Below are positions 37,695-45,858 of a stretch of 51,940 nucleotides of DNA, piece by piece. The translations under genes were made by a program, and so were the position numbers. This DNA is from Eubacteriales bacterium (GTDB lineage Bacteria > Bacillota > Clostridia > Oscillospirales > CAG-382), in the NCBI GenBank assembly GCA_045533895.1, contig JAZSIT010000020.1, positions 1 through 51,940 on the forward strand, given 5' to 3'. Below the pieces are notes generated by a model that saw only the letters and a list, made by a program, of their open reading frames with translations, did no database searches and was not told the DNA's origin. Numbering within the stretch: position 1 is the stretch's first letter; every line of letters starts with the position of its first letter.

Positions 37695-38282
37695 ATTTAT
37701 ATTCTGTTTCCCCGCGCAGGATTTAGAATTCATATTCTAACATTTCCCGCATTGGCGGTAATGTATTATATAGAGGGGAAATACCCTTTTTTGTTATTTA
37801 TGTTGGCAGCTGTGATACATGAATTGGGACATGTTCTTGCAATTAAAACGGTAAAAGGGAAGATAAAACGTATTGACATAATGCCGCTTTGCGCACGTAT
37901 CGTGACTTCGGGAGCACTGTCTCACAAAGTAGATATGTTGGTTTTTCTTTGCGGACCTGCCGCAAATATAATTATGTTTTGTGTGTATTTGCCCTTTTTG
38001 TTTGTGTCCCGATCGCCTTATATTTGGTATTTTGCGCTTGTGAACTTGTTTTTAGCGGTTTTGAATCTGCTGCCTATTCCGGGTAACGACGGTTATCGGG
38101 CCCTTGAAGCATTGTTAAAAAACAAATCAGACGAAGAAACAGCCTTCAGAATGGTAAAAAGAATGGGGAAAGTATCAAATATTTTCTTTTTTGTGCTTAC
38201 AGTGGCTTCCGTTATAACTTCAGGATTCAACCCCGGCGTTACCGCTCTTGCTGCCGCCGCAAATCTTTACAAAAAAGATTGA
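37695..38282 (+). CDS. M50 site-2 protease family protein (SpoIVFB-like core, no CBS domain); probable ATT start
   Basis: HELGH and NLLPIPGNDG motifs. The conserved N-terminal segment GFRIHILTFPALAV (compare SpoIVFB LKIHVHPFLW) lies upstream of the first TTG/ATG. GGAGG lies 8 nt upstream of the in-frame ATT at 37695. Confidence 0.7.
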   Translation: MYILFPRAGFRIHILTFPALAVMYYIEGKYPFLLFMLAAVIHELGHVLAIKTVKGKIKRIDIMPLCARIVTSGALSHKVDMLVFLCGPAANIIMFCVYLPFLFVSRSPYIWYFALVNLFLAVLNLLPIPGNDGYRALEALLKNKSDEETAFRMVKRMGKVSNIFFFVLTVASVITSGFNPGVTALAAAANLYKKD

Positions 38283-38349
38283 AGAAATTAATTGAAAAAT
38301 GTACATTTGTGTGGTAAAATGTAAGAAGTACCTTGAAAGGACATATAGT

Positions 38350-39783
38350 ATGAAAAAACGTATATTATTTTTGTTGCTGGCAGTAGTTTTGTTGTTTGCC
38401 GCTTGTGAAGGAGATAATACTTCCGATACTTCGGTAAATCAGTCTTCGCCTCAGATAAGTGACGAGGTTTCTTCCACCCAGACTTCGGAACCGAAGGATG
38501 AGGAATCCAAAGAGGTTTCAGTTGCGCCCGAGATTTCCTTCCCCGAATATGAGGCTAACAAACCTGACGTACCTGATGTTCCCGATGAATCTGTTGATGT
38601 GGACAATATCCCCGAGGACGAATGCCGTGTTACGGTCAAGTACGCCAGCTTTTCCGAAAAGCCTTTTGCAGTTGTTATCGGTCAGTGTGATATCGGCGCA
38701 ACCGTTACTTTGAAATGCGGAAAAGAAGAATATACGTCCGAAGGCTGGTACGGCTGGTATTCTATCCGTTTCCTTTGTGCAGGCAACTCTGCAGATGTGG
38801 TTATTACACAAAGTATTGACGGTGTTGAGGTGGGCGCTCCTCTGGAGACTACTGTTTCACCCAAAAACGCCGGCACTTCCGAAGGTGTTGTTGCAGGCGG
38901 TAACTTCCAGTTCTTCTACCAGAAGTGTCTCCGCGATTTCCAGCATACAAATCTTTATAATGAAGGCGTGCTCAATTCTCTTAAATCCAGAGTTGAAGGA
39001 CGTATCGCAAATATTAAAAAACAGAATCTTGGCACAGAAATAATATACATGGTGGTCCCTGCGGCTATGACCGTTTATCCCGAGCTTGTTCCGGAGGATT
39101 ACAAGCAGGGCGAGGGCGACAGCCGTATGGATCAGGTGCTTAATACCCTTACCGAAGCCGGCGCCACCGTTATCGATTTACGTCCCGTTTTTGAAGAACA
39201 TAAAAACGACGAGATGCCTCTGTATTTCAAGTGCGATAGCCATTGGTCGGATTACGGCGCGTTTATTGCATATACCGAACTGTTTAATCATATATCAGAA
39301 AAGTTCCCCGATGCGGCGCCCCGTTCCATTGATGAATTCAACTGGTTCGGCGGATATTATAAAACCGGCGATATGCCCGTATACCTCAATATGGTGAGCG
39401 GCAGTGTATATGAAAACGGCGTTATCGGAAGCAAGGACGTTCTCGAATACGGCTGGTACCGCACCTTTGCGGACGGCACTCCCGTTTCCGAAGCTATTAC
39501 CGATGTGCCCCGTTACCGCGCAGATACGCAGATGGTATACAGTAACAACGTAACTTGGGAAAAAACCATAAGAACCAAGCGTGATAACCTTCCTACTTGT
39601 ATCGTTCTTCGCGATTCCTTCGGTACACAGATATTTGATATCCTCGCAGAACGTATGAACAAGACCATATACAAGGGTATGTGGGGTTACGGTTATCCCG
39701 GCGCGGAAGTAGTTACCAACAAGGCAGATTACGTTATTTACATATTGGCGGAATGGAATCTGGACGGTGTTGTATATAACTGA
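38350..39783 (+). CDS. lipoprotein with AlgX/AlgJ-type SGNH-like domain (DSHW motif)
   Basis: Lipobox LLFAAC, acidic linker, FKCDSHWSDYGAF motif typical of AlgJ/AlgX/DltD-like O-acyltransferase domains. Confidence 0.6.
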   Translation: MKKRILFLLLAVVLLFAACEGDNTSDTSVNQSSPQISDEVSSTQTSEPKDEESKEVSVAPEISFPEYEANKPDVPDVPDESVDVDNIPEDECRVTVKYASFSEKPFAVVIGQCDIGATVTLKCGKEEYTSEGWYGWYSIRFLCAGNSADVVITQSIDGVEVGAPLETTVSPKNAGTSEGVVAGGNFQFFYQKCLRDFQHTNLYNEGVLNSLKSRVEGRIANIKKQNLGTEIIYMVVPAAMTVYPELVPEDYKQGEGDSRMDQVLNTLTEAGATVIDLRPVFEEHKNDEMPLYFKCDSHWSDYGAFIAYTELFNHISEKFPDAAPRSIDEFNWFGGYYKTGDMPVYLNMVSGSVYENGVIGSKDVLEYGWYRTFADGTPVSEAITDVPRYRADTQMVYSNNVTWEKTIRTKRDNLPTCIVLRDSFGTQIFDILAERMNKTIYKGMWGYGYPGAEVVTNKADYVIYILAEWNLDGVVYN

Positions 39784-39805
39784 TATTAAATATTTTGGGT
39801 TTACA

Positions 39806-39833
39806 AAAGGCTTGCAGTTGAATGCAAGCCTTT
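39806..39833 (+). terminator. terminator after the AlgX-like lipoprotein gene
   Basis: AAAGGCTTGCA-GTTGAA-TGCAAGCCTTT. Confidence 0.65.
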
Positions 39834-39839
39834 GTTGCC

Positions 39840-39921
39840 GGGGTCCCCAAGAAGCCGTAAGGCATCTTGGGGTGATTGACGGGGTCCCCAAGCAGCCGTA
39901 AGGCATCTTGGGGTGATTGAC
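39840..39921 (+). repeat. tandem 2 x 41-nt palindromic (hairpin) repeat
   Basis: Unit is GGGGTCCCCAAGAAGCCGTAAGGCATCTTGGGGTGATTGAC. The second unit differs at one position (A to C). Each unit folds as a 12-bp stem with a GTAA loop. Confidence 0.9.
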
Positions 39922-39945
39922 ATTTGGCAGAGGAATTGTTATAAT
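39917..39945 (+). promoter_or_regulatory. consensus sigma-A promoter of the MarR-YhhN pair
   Basis: TTGACA (39917-39922), N17, TATAAT (39940-39945). The -35 is formed by the 3-prime end of the second 41-nt repeat unit. Confidence 0.75.
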
Positions 39946-39988
39946 GCAAGAAATTGATAATTCAACAAATAATATTTCGGGGGCAAAT

Positions 39989-40441
39989 ATGGTACAAAGA
40001 TTTGAGCGGTTTTCTTTTGCGATAATGGAAATTTTCCGTCATTGGCACAAGATAACCGCAGATGAGATGGAAAAATACGGCCTTAAAGGTACACATTCCA
40101 TGTATCTTGCCGCACTTTACCGTGAAGAAGGCGGTATAACAGCCACTCAGCTTTGTGATATCTGCGGTAAGGATAAAGGGGATGTTTCCCGCGCCGTTGC
40201 TATAATGGAACAAAAAGGCTTGGTAGTAAAGACGGGAAGCGGTGCAAATCTTTACAGGGCAAAGATAACTTTGACACCGCAAGGAAGAACTGTTGCAGAA
40301 TTTGTACGCAGCCGCGCCGCCCTCGCTGTTGAGCGTGCCGGAAGCGGTATTTCTGAGGAAGACCGTGAGGTGCTGTACAGATCCCTTGATATTATCGCAA
40401 CAAATCTTGGTGAAATAAGCAAGGAAGGGTTGCCGGAATGA
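39989..40441 (+). CDS. MarR family transcriptional regulator
   Basis: Winged-helix pattern (GITATQLCDICGKDKGDVSRAVAIMEQKGLV). ATG at 39989 lies downstream of the consensus promoter. The ORF-track TTG start at 39917 is the -35 box itself. Confidence 0.85.
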   Translation: MVQRFERFSFAIMEIFRHWHKITADEMEKYGLKGTHSMYLAALYREEGGITATQLCDICGKDKGDVSRAVAIMEQKGLVVKTGSGANLYRAKITLTPQGRTVAEFVRSRAALAVERAGSGISEEDREVLYRSLDIIATNLGEISKEGLPE

Positions 40442-40445
40442 TAAT

Positions 40446-41117
40446 ATGAAAAAAACATTTTTATTTTTAAATCTTTTTCTTTCTGCAGTCTTGGCGGTCT
40501 TGTGCGCAGTTTATTTTATCAACGGAGGCATTTATCTTAAATCTGCTTGCTCTCTCACCTTTACTACTGTTGGCGCTGTGATTCTTGTATTCGCTGCAGT
40601 ATCTAAGAATAAGCGTATTACTTTTCCCCTACTCACCTTTTTGGGGCTTTTGCTTTGTACTATGGGAGATATAGTGCTGTTTTATAACTTTATCTTCGGT
40701 GCTGTGCTTTTTGTTTGCGGACATGTGTTGTACGTTTTTGCATATTGCGCATTGGAAAAACCGTGCGTAAAAGATGCGGTGTTTATCGCTGTTATTTCGG
40801 CGGCTTCCGTATGTGTGGTTACATTGGTGCCCGCGTTCAATTACGGTACTGCTGTGATGGAAGGCGTGGCTGTTGTTTATGCTTTGGTCATTTCTTTTAT
40901 GCTGGGTAAAGCGGTATCAAATCTTTTGCGAAAGCCGTCTGCGGTAACAACGGCAATCGCTTTGGGAAGCGTACTTTTCTTTGTGTCGGATATAGCGCTT
41001 GCTTTCAATATCTTCGCCGGTTCGCCTTCCTGGGCAGACCCTTTGTGTCTGGCAACCTATTTTCCGGGACAGCTTGTAATAGCGGTTTCGTTATATTTAT
41101 ATAATAATTCCAAATAG
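40446..41117 (+). CDS. YhhN-family (lysoplasmalogenase-like) membrane protein
   Basis: About 7 TM segments, MGDIVL and GHVLY motifs. 4 nt after the MarR stop. Confidence 0.65.
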   Translation: MKKTFLFLNLFLSAVLAVLCAVYFINGGIYLKSACSLTFTTVGAVILVFAAVSKNKRITFPLLTFLGLLLCTMGDIVLFYNFIFGAVLFVCGHVLYVFAYCALEKPCVKDAVFIAVISAASVCVVTLVPAFNYGTAVMEGVAVVYALVISFMLGKAVSNLLRKPSAVTTAIALGSVLFFVSDIALAFNIFAGSPSWADPLCLATYFPGQLVIAVSLYLYNNSK

Positions 41118-41123
41118 CAACAA

Positions 41124-41153
41124 AAAAGACGGTTCGTTTTGAACCGTCTTTTA
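41124..41153. terminator. bidirectional terminator between YhhN and the SBP gene
   Basis: AAAAGACGGTTC-loop-GAACCGTCTTTT. Confidence 0.8.
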
Positions 41154-41164
41154 TAATGTCTTTT

Positions 41165-42982
41165 TTAGTCTTCTGCAACGAGCTCGGAAGCTTCTTCTTC
41201 AGCCGCGTTGATTTTTCTCCAGTTCTTAAGCTTGATTCCGGAAAGATCTCTTGCACCGAAGTAGTTGGTGCTGCCTATGCCGGAAAGCTTGGAGGACTTA
41301 ACGTAGCCGTTGGTGTAGCTGAACAGTGCGATTGCGGGACATTCGTCAGCAAGGAGCTCCTCTGCCTTGTGAAGCTTTTCTGCTCTTACTGCACGGTCGC
41401 TTTCGTAGCAAACTGCATCGATAAGCGCGTCATATTCAGCGTTTTCCCAGTTGGTCTGGTGAGCGGTGTAGCTATCCTCTCCGGTGAGAGAAACCTCGAC
41501 AGCACAGCCGCTGTAATGGGTTGCGAAAGAGGAGAGCCAAGCATAAGCGTCAGTAGAGTTAACAACGTTTGTCACGCCGATAACGTCGTATTCACGGGTG
41601 GAAAGTGCCACTCTGTATTCATCCTCATGGAGACCCTTGAGCTCAACCTTGAAGCCGAGTTCTCCCCAAACCTTTGCGGTATACTCTGCGATATCCTCAT
41701 ATACGTTTTCGTAAGCAACCTTACGCTTGTTTTCGTTCATGAGATCTTTTGTCTCGGGAATGAGGTAAGCGATGGAGATAGAACCCTTCTTACCGCCCAA
41801 AAGCTTTTTAGCTTCGTCCATTTTAGCGGTAGCGGAATAAAGTTCTCCGCCTTCTTCACGGAAATCATTCTTTCTGCCGGTGTTGAACACGCCGGAGGGA
41901 ACGTAGCCGGTAGCAGCCTTTTCGCCGGTTCCGGTAACAGACTTAACGATCTCGTTTCTGTCAAGCGCCATGGAAAGAGCCTGTCTTACTTCCTTGGAAG
42001 CGAGAAGCTCGTTATCGGTGTTGAAATAATAAACGTATGTAGCAAGCAGGTCAACAACATTCTTAAGGTCATCTGCATATTCTGCATAAGATGCCTTGTC
42101 AAAGCTGCTCATAAGGAATATATTGTCCTGGGCAAAGCGGTTTGCCTGGAAAACAGTATCGGTAACACGGTTTTCTTCGTCAACACTGCCCTGAATGGTG
42201 TTTTCCTGATAAGTAATGGTAATTCTGTAAGGCTTAACAACTTTATCAAGCGCCTGCTCGCTGTCTCTGCCGTAGGAAGCGTTTCTCTCAAGCACCAGAC
42301 GGATACCTTCTTCAAGGTTCTTTACGCCGTAAGGACCGTTACAAACTATGGTAGCAGCACTGGAATCCCAAATAGTCTCGTTCTTCTCTGCGTCGGTAAT
42401 AATATCCTCGCGCAGGGGAACAAGTCCGGTGCAGGCGATCTGCTCTGCAAAGAGATCGATATCGTAATCTACCTCAAAGGTGATGCAAAGGAGAGTATCA
42501 TCAACTGCGGCGATACCAAGGTCGTCGCTGGTCATAAGGCCGGATTTAACTGCCTTTGCGTTCTTAATGGGGTAGAGAAGAGAAGCATAAGGGCTTTCAA
42601 AAGCGGGGTCGAGAATTCTCTTCCAAGCGTAAATAATGTCGTCAGCAGAAACTTTACGACCGTCGTTCCAGTAGCTGTCCTTCAAAACAAAGAACATCTG
42701 GTATTCTTCGTAAACCTCGTCGTAATAGCTGTACCAATCTTCTGCCAGCGCGCCTACAACTTTGCCGTTGGAGTTGATGGTGGTCAGACCCTCATAGATA
42801 AGACCCATTATCTGAGTAACCTCAGAATCAAGCTGAACAACAGCAGGGTCAAGGCAGTAAGGATAGGATGTCATATACACGGAAATGTTTGCACCCTTTT
42901 CTTCGCCTTTAAGTGACGAACAGCCTGTCAAGGCAATGAGAGCCATAATGGCAACGAGTATCAATGCGATAAATCTTTTCAT
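41165..42982 (-). CDS. ABC transporter substrate-binding lipoprotein, family 5 (peptide/nickel type)
   Basis: Lipobox LTGCSS, family-5 SBP pattern throughout. ATG at 42982 after GGGAGG. Confidence 0.85.
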   Translation of the reverse strand: MKRFIALILVAIMALIALTGCSSLKGEEKGANISVYMTSYPYCLDPAVVQLDSEVTQIMGLIYEGLTTINSNGKVVGALAEDWYSYYDEVYEEYQMFFVLKDSYWNDGRKVSADDIIYAWKRILDPAFESPYASLLYPIKNAKAVKSGLMTSDDLGIAAVDDTLLCITFEVDYDIDLFAEQIACTGLVPLREDIITDAEKNETIWDSSAATIVCNGPYGVKNLEEGIRLVLERNASYGRDSEQALDKVVKPYRITITYQENTIQGSVDEENRVTDTVFQANRFAQDNIFLMSSFDKASYAEYADDLKNVVDLLATYVYYFNTDNELLASKEVRQALSMALDRNEIVKSVTGTGEKAATGYVPSGVFNTGRKNDFREEGGELYSATAKMDEAKKLLGGKKGSISIAYLIPETKDLMNENKRKVAYENVYEDIAEYTAKVWGELGFKVELKGLHEDEYRVALSTREYDVIGVTNVVNSTDAYAWLSSFATHYSGCAVEVSLTGEDSYTAHQTNWENAEYDALIDAVCYESDRAVRAEKLHKAEELLADECPAIALFSYTNGYVKSSKLSGIGSTNYFGARDLSGIKLKNWRKINAAEEEASELVAED

Positions 42983-43033
42983 TATCTGTTCCTCCCGGAT
43001 AATTTGCGAAGGTACTTCACAACAATTCATAAT

Positions 43034-43062
43034 ATTATAGCATCGATGTAAAAAATAATCAA
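43034..43062 (-). promoter_or_regulatory. sigma-A-type promoter of the substrate-binding protein gene
   Basis: TTGATT-N17-TATAAT on the minus strand. Confidence 0.6.
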
Positions 43063-43122
43063 TAGGTAAAAACCGAAAATGTTATTTTTATTACTTTTGA
43101 CGAATGTTATGTTTACTTGCTC

Positions 43123-43151
43123 TTGACAAAACGGGGTACTTATGGTATATT
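43123..43151 (+). promoter_or_regulatory. sigma-A-type promoter of the leader upstream of the ABC-ATPase gene
   Basis: TTGACA (43123-43128), N17, TATATT (43146-43151). Confidence 0.65.
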
Positions 43152-43157
43152 TTACCC

Positions 43158-43333
43158 ATACGGCGGTACGCCGTGTATAATTAAATGCCGAAAGGGGCGA
43201 TGAATTATGAAAAGCTTATATTTGCCGGACGTTAATTTTATTCGCCTTTATGCCGTATAAGCTTACAAGGCAGTAGTTTTCACATCCGGTTTCGGGTGTG
43301 TTTTTGTTTTTGCGCCCGAGAGGGTGCTTTTTT
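43158..43333 (+). promoter_or_regulatory. structured leader with short uORF and two tandem intrinsic terminators
   Basis: uORF ATG at 43207 (17 codons, MKSLYLPDVNFIRLYAV) lies 9 nt after AAAGGGG. Inverted repeat AAGCTTATA (43212-43220) / TATAAGCTT (43256-43264). Terminator 1 stem is 43281-43300 plus a T-tract. Terminator 2 stem is 43312-43327 plus TTTTTT. Confidence 0.55.
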
Positions 43334-43440
43334 ATTGCCGAGAAAGTTTTACTCCGAATATAAGTTGCAGGCAAATATCACTTTTTACAAGGAGGTTTTG
43401 TTTTGTCAAGCATTACAATTATTTTTCGGAGGAAAACTGT

Positions 43441-45216
43441 TTGAAGAGATTAAAAAATTTTTTACTTTCAATGGATAATAACACATCTACCTATAAGGAG
43501 ATGTACGAGGGAATGCTTGTTGTGCCCGACGTTCCCGCGCCCGTGGTTACATCAGAGCCGATATATTGGTACGGAGATATTTCGGTATATGTCGAAACTA
43601 CCAATAAAAATGAAAAGGATAAACCTACGCTTACTTGGCGTATCCCTGTGAGTCTGCTGGGAATAACCGAATATTCGCCTGCGGCGGCAGATTATTGTCT
43701 GCGCAGGCTGGCACCCTATATCGATAAGCTTAATGAAGAGATATACAACCGCTCCCGTCCGGACAAAGAAAACGGAAAATATATTCTGTACCGCCCGAGC
43801 GGTGAAGTTTTGGTGAGAAACACCTCTTTTTTCGATACTTGTATTCAGAAATATTACCAAAACGCAGGCGGAGCTTCTATATATCTGCTTGATGACGGAA
43901 TTGAACGTCCGCCGCAAAAATGTCTGTGCATACGTATGCAGGTCCAATTACCTGCGAGAAAAATGAGAAAAACCATACAAATGCTGTGCCGCGATCTGCC
44001 GGATGCTATTGAAAGATTTGCTTTTGAGTTTGATACTTCGGGTCTTGAAAAAGCTTTGTGTCTTGCTAAAACCCAATCAGAAATACGCAAATGGCTTAAA
44101 ACCAGCCCATACTGCGCCTTTATTGCAGACGGAAGTATTCTTCCACGTTCAAAGGGAACGGAAGAACCTATGATAGAAGCTGTCCCCTTTGTGTCCGCGC
44201 CCGATGATGCGATTGAGGTCTGCGGTATACGGGGAATGGGAATAAAAAGGGGAGTGACGGTTATAACCGGCGGCGGATATTCGGGAAAATCCACTTTGCT
44301 GGACGCAATTTCAGCAGGCATATACGACCACGTTGCCGGTGACGGCAGAGAGCTTTGCATTACCGATGACACCGCCGTAACCGTTTCCGCAGAGGATGGC
44401 AGAAGCGTACAACACGTTAATATATCTCCCTTTATTAAATGGCTTCCCGGCGGAGATACAACAGATTTTTCAACTCAAAGGGCATCGGGCTCAACCTCAC
44501 AAGCGGCAAATATAATGGAGGCGGTGGATTGCGGTGCACGTCTTTTGCTTATCGACGAGGACCGCAGTGCAACAAACTTTATGATACGGGACGGCAAAAT
44601 GAAGGAGCTTATTTCAAAAGAGCCTATAACTCCTTTTACCGACCGTGTCTGCGAGCTATACAAAGAAAAAGGGGTTTCCACAATACTCGTCATCGGCGGA
44701 AGCGGTGAATACCTTGCGGTTGCAGACAAGGTTTATATGATGGAGGACTATATAATACACGACGTTACCGAAAAAGCAAAAAGTATCAGCGCAGGTACTG
44801 CGGAAACAACCGAAAGTCCTGCGTACTGGGACCAGAATCGCACGCTGTATGCCCGTGGATTTACTTCATATCCGGAAAGATGCGGAACGGAAACACTTTC
44901 GGTTTCGGATATGGGTATTGTATTTATGGGCGATGAAAAAATAGATATAAGAGGGCTTCATAATATAATAACTGTCGGTCAGATGGATTCGCTGGGGTTT
45001 ATGCTTCGTCGAATTGCGGTTACCAACACCTCGGTTGAAATTGACCTTAACGCAGTTATTGATGAAATGTATTATCTCATCGGTGAGGAGGGACTGGATG
45101 TTGTTTTCACTTCCTTTTTTACCACCTGCCGCCGCTTTCTTGATCTCCCACGCAAGCAGGAGCTTATGGCGGCGGTCAACCGTATGCGGTATATAAACTT
45201 TGTTAAAAACAAATAA
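43441..45216 (+). CDS. ABC-ATPase domain protein (PF09818-like, predicted ATPase of the ABC class)
   Basis: GVTVITGGGYSGKSTLLDAISAGIYDHVAGDGRE (Walker A region typical of this family), LLLIDED Walker B. TTG at 43441 lies 7 nt after GGAGGA. ATG at 43471 is an alternative without an SD. Confidence 0.8.
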   Translation: MKRLKNFLLSMDNNTSTYKEMYEGMLVVPDVPAPVVTSEPIYWYGDISVYVETTNKNEKDKPTLTWRIPVSLLGITEYSPAAADYCLRRLAPYIDKLNEEIYNRSRPDKENGKYILYRPSGEVLVRNTSFFDTCIQKYYQNAGGASIYLLDDGIERPPQKCLCIRMQVQLPARKMRKTIQMLCRDLPDAIERFAFEFDTSGLEKALCLAKTQSEIRKWLKTSPYCAFIADGSILPRSKGTEEPMIEAVPFVSAPDDAIEVCGIRGMGIKRGVTVITGGGYSGKSTLLDAISAGIYDHVAGDGRELCITDDTAVTVSAEDGRSVQHVNISPFIKWLPGGDTTDFSTQRASGSTSQAANIMEAVDCGARLLLIDEDRSATNFMIRDGKMKELISKEPITPFTDRVCELYKEKGVSTILVIGGSGEYLAVADKVYMMEDYIIHDVTEKAKSISAGTAETTESPAYWDQNRTLYARGFTSYPERCGTETLSVSDMGIVFMGDEKIDIRGLHNIITVGQMDSLGFMLRRIAVTNTSVEIDLNAVIDEMYYLIGEEGLDVVFTSFFTTCRRFLDLPRKQELMAAVNRMRYINFVKNK

Positions 45217-45224
45217 TTACCTTT

Positions 45225-45261
45225 AAGAGCATGGCGACACAGCTATGCTCTTATTCTTTTT
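45225..45261 (+). terminator. terminator after the ABC-ATPase gene
   Basis: AAGAGCAT-N12-ATGCTCTT followed by ATTCTTTTT. Confidence 0.6.
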
Positions 45262-45360
45262 CGGTTAAAAAATATCGAAAAACGATAAATTACTATTGAC
45301 AAACGAGAAAGCGTATGTTATCCTTAAACTGTAAAATACATTTTTCGGAGGAGATTCAAT

Positions 45361-45840
45361 ATGCCCAAAATACCTTCCAAGGCTTCGGTAATTATTTCAA
45401 TAATACTTTCTGTGTTGTTTAGTGTTATAGTTGCCGGCATGGCAATACTTTTACCCTTTGAGGTGTCGCGCACAGGCCCTACCGAAGAGTTTATTCGGGT
45501 CTTGCTGGCAGATAAGCTGGGGGACCAATATATTGTCTGGTTTATGGTGTGGAGTTATTCTATTCTTGCACTTGCATTGGTTTGCTGTATAGCCGTTACG
45601 CTTTTATTACTCCGCGTACGCAAAGGGTTGGTTTTTACCGCAAAAAGTGTTTCTTATATCCGATTTATATCATGGATGTGCGTTTTGCTTGCCGTGGTTA
45701 TATTTACTGCACAGTATTTCCACGCGGCGGCGTTTATAATCACTCTTGCCATGGCGTTCCTCGGACTTTGTCTCCGCGTAGTTAAAAACGTTATTGAAGC
45801 CGCAACCGAGATAAAGAACGAAAACGACCTTACTGTTTAG
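45361..45840 (+). CDS. DUF2975-like membrane protein
   Basis: 4 TM segments. Position directly upstream of a YozG-like HTH gene, a pairing I recall as typical. GGAGGAG SD. Confidence 0.6.
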   Translation: MPKIPSKASVIISIILSVLFSVIVAGMAILLPFEVSRTGPTEEFIRVLLADKLGDQYIVWFMVWSYSILALALVCCIAVTLLLLRVRKGLVFTAKSVSYIRFISWMCVLLAVVIFTAQYFHAAAFIITLAMAFLGLCLRVVKNVIEAATEIKNENDLTV

Positions 45841-45858
45841 CAGAGGAGGGAAGTGGCG

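Noticed and set aside
37688-37726. ATG overlapping the TGA (ATGA) as a start for the M50 gene
   Set aside because: It is in a different frame from the HELGH domain and terminates after 12 codons. It lies only 1 nt from the GGAGG. It is viable only if there is a 1-nt sequence error, which is noted in the corresponding finding.
39917-39988. ORF-track N-terminal extension of the MarR gene (TTG at 39917, ATG at 39944)
   Set aside because: The TTG is the -35 hexamer and the ATG overlaps the -10 hexamer of a perfect promoter. Both therefore lie upstream of the likely TSS.
41156-42916. 586-aa ORF on the plus strand, fully antisense to the substrate-binding protein gene
   Set aside because: It is in the codon-aligned antisense frame (same phase as the sense stop at 41165). 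It stays open simply because the sense gene avoids TTA, CTA and TCA codons. The composition is low-complexity (V/L/G/S/F/N/C) with no SD. The sense gene has clear family-5 SBP motifs.
43195-43250. GGCGAUG...CGCC resemblance to the fluoride (crcB) riboswitch and CCGGACG resemblance to guanidine-III
   Set aside because: Spacing and the remaining conserved nucleotides do not fit either consensus as I remember them. The downstream gene is unrelated to those regulons.
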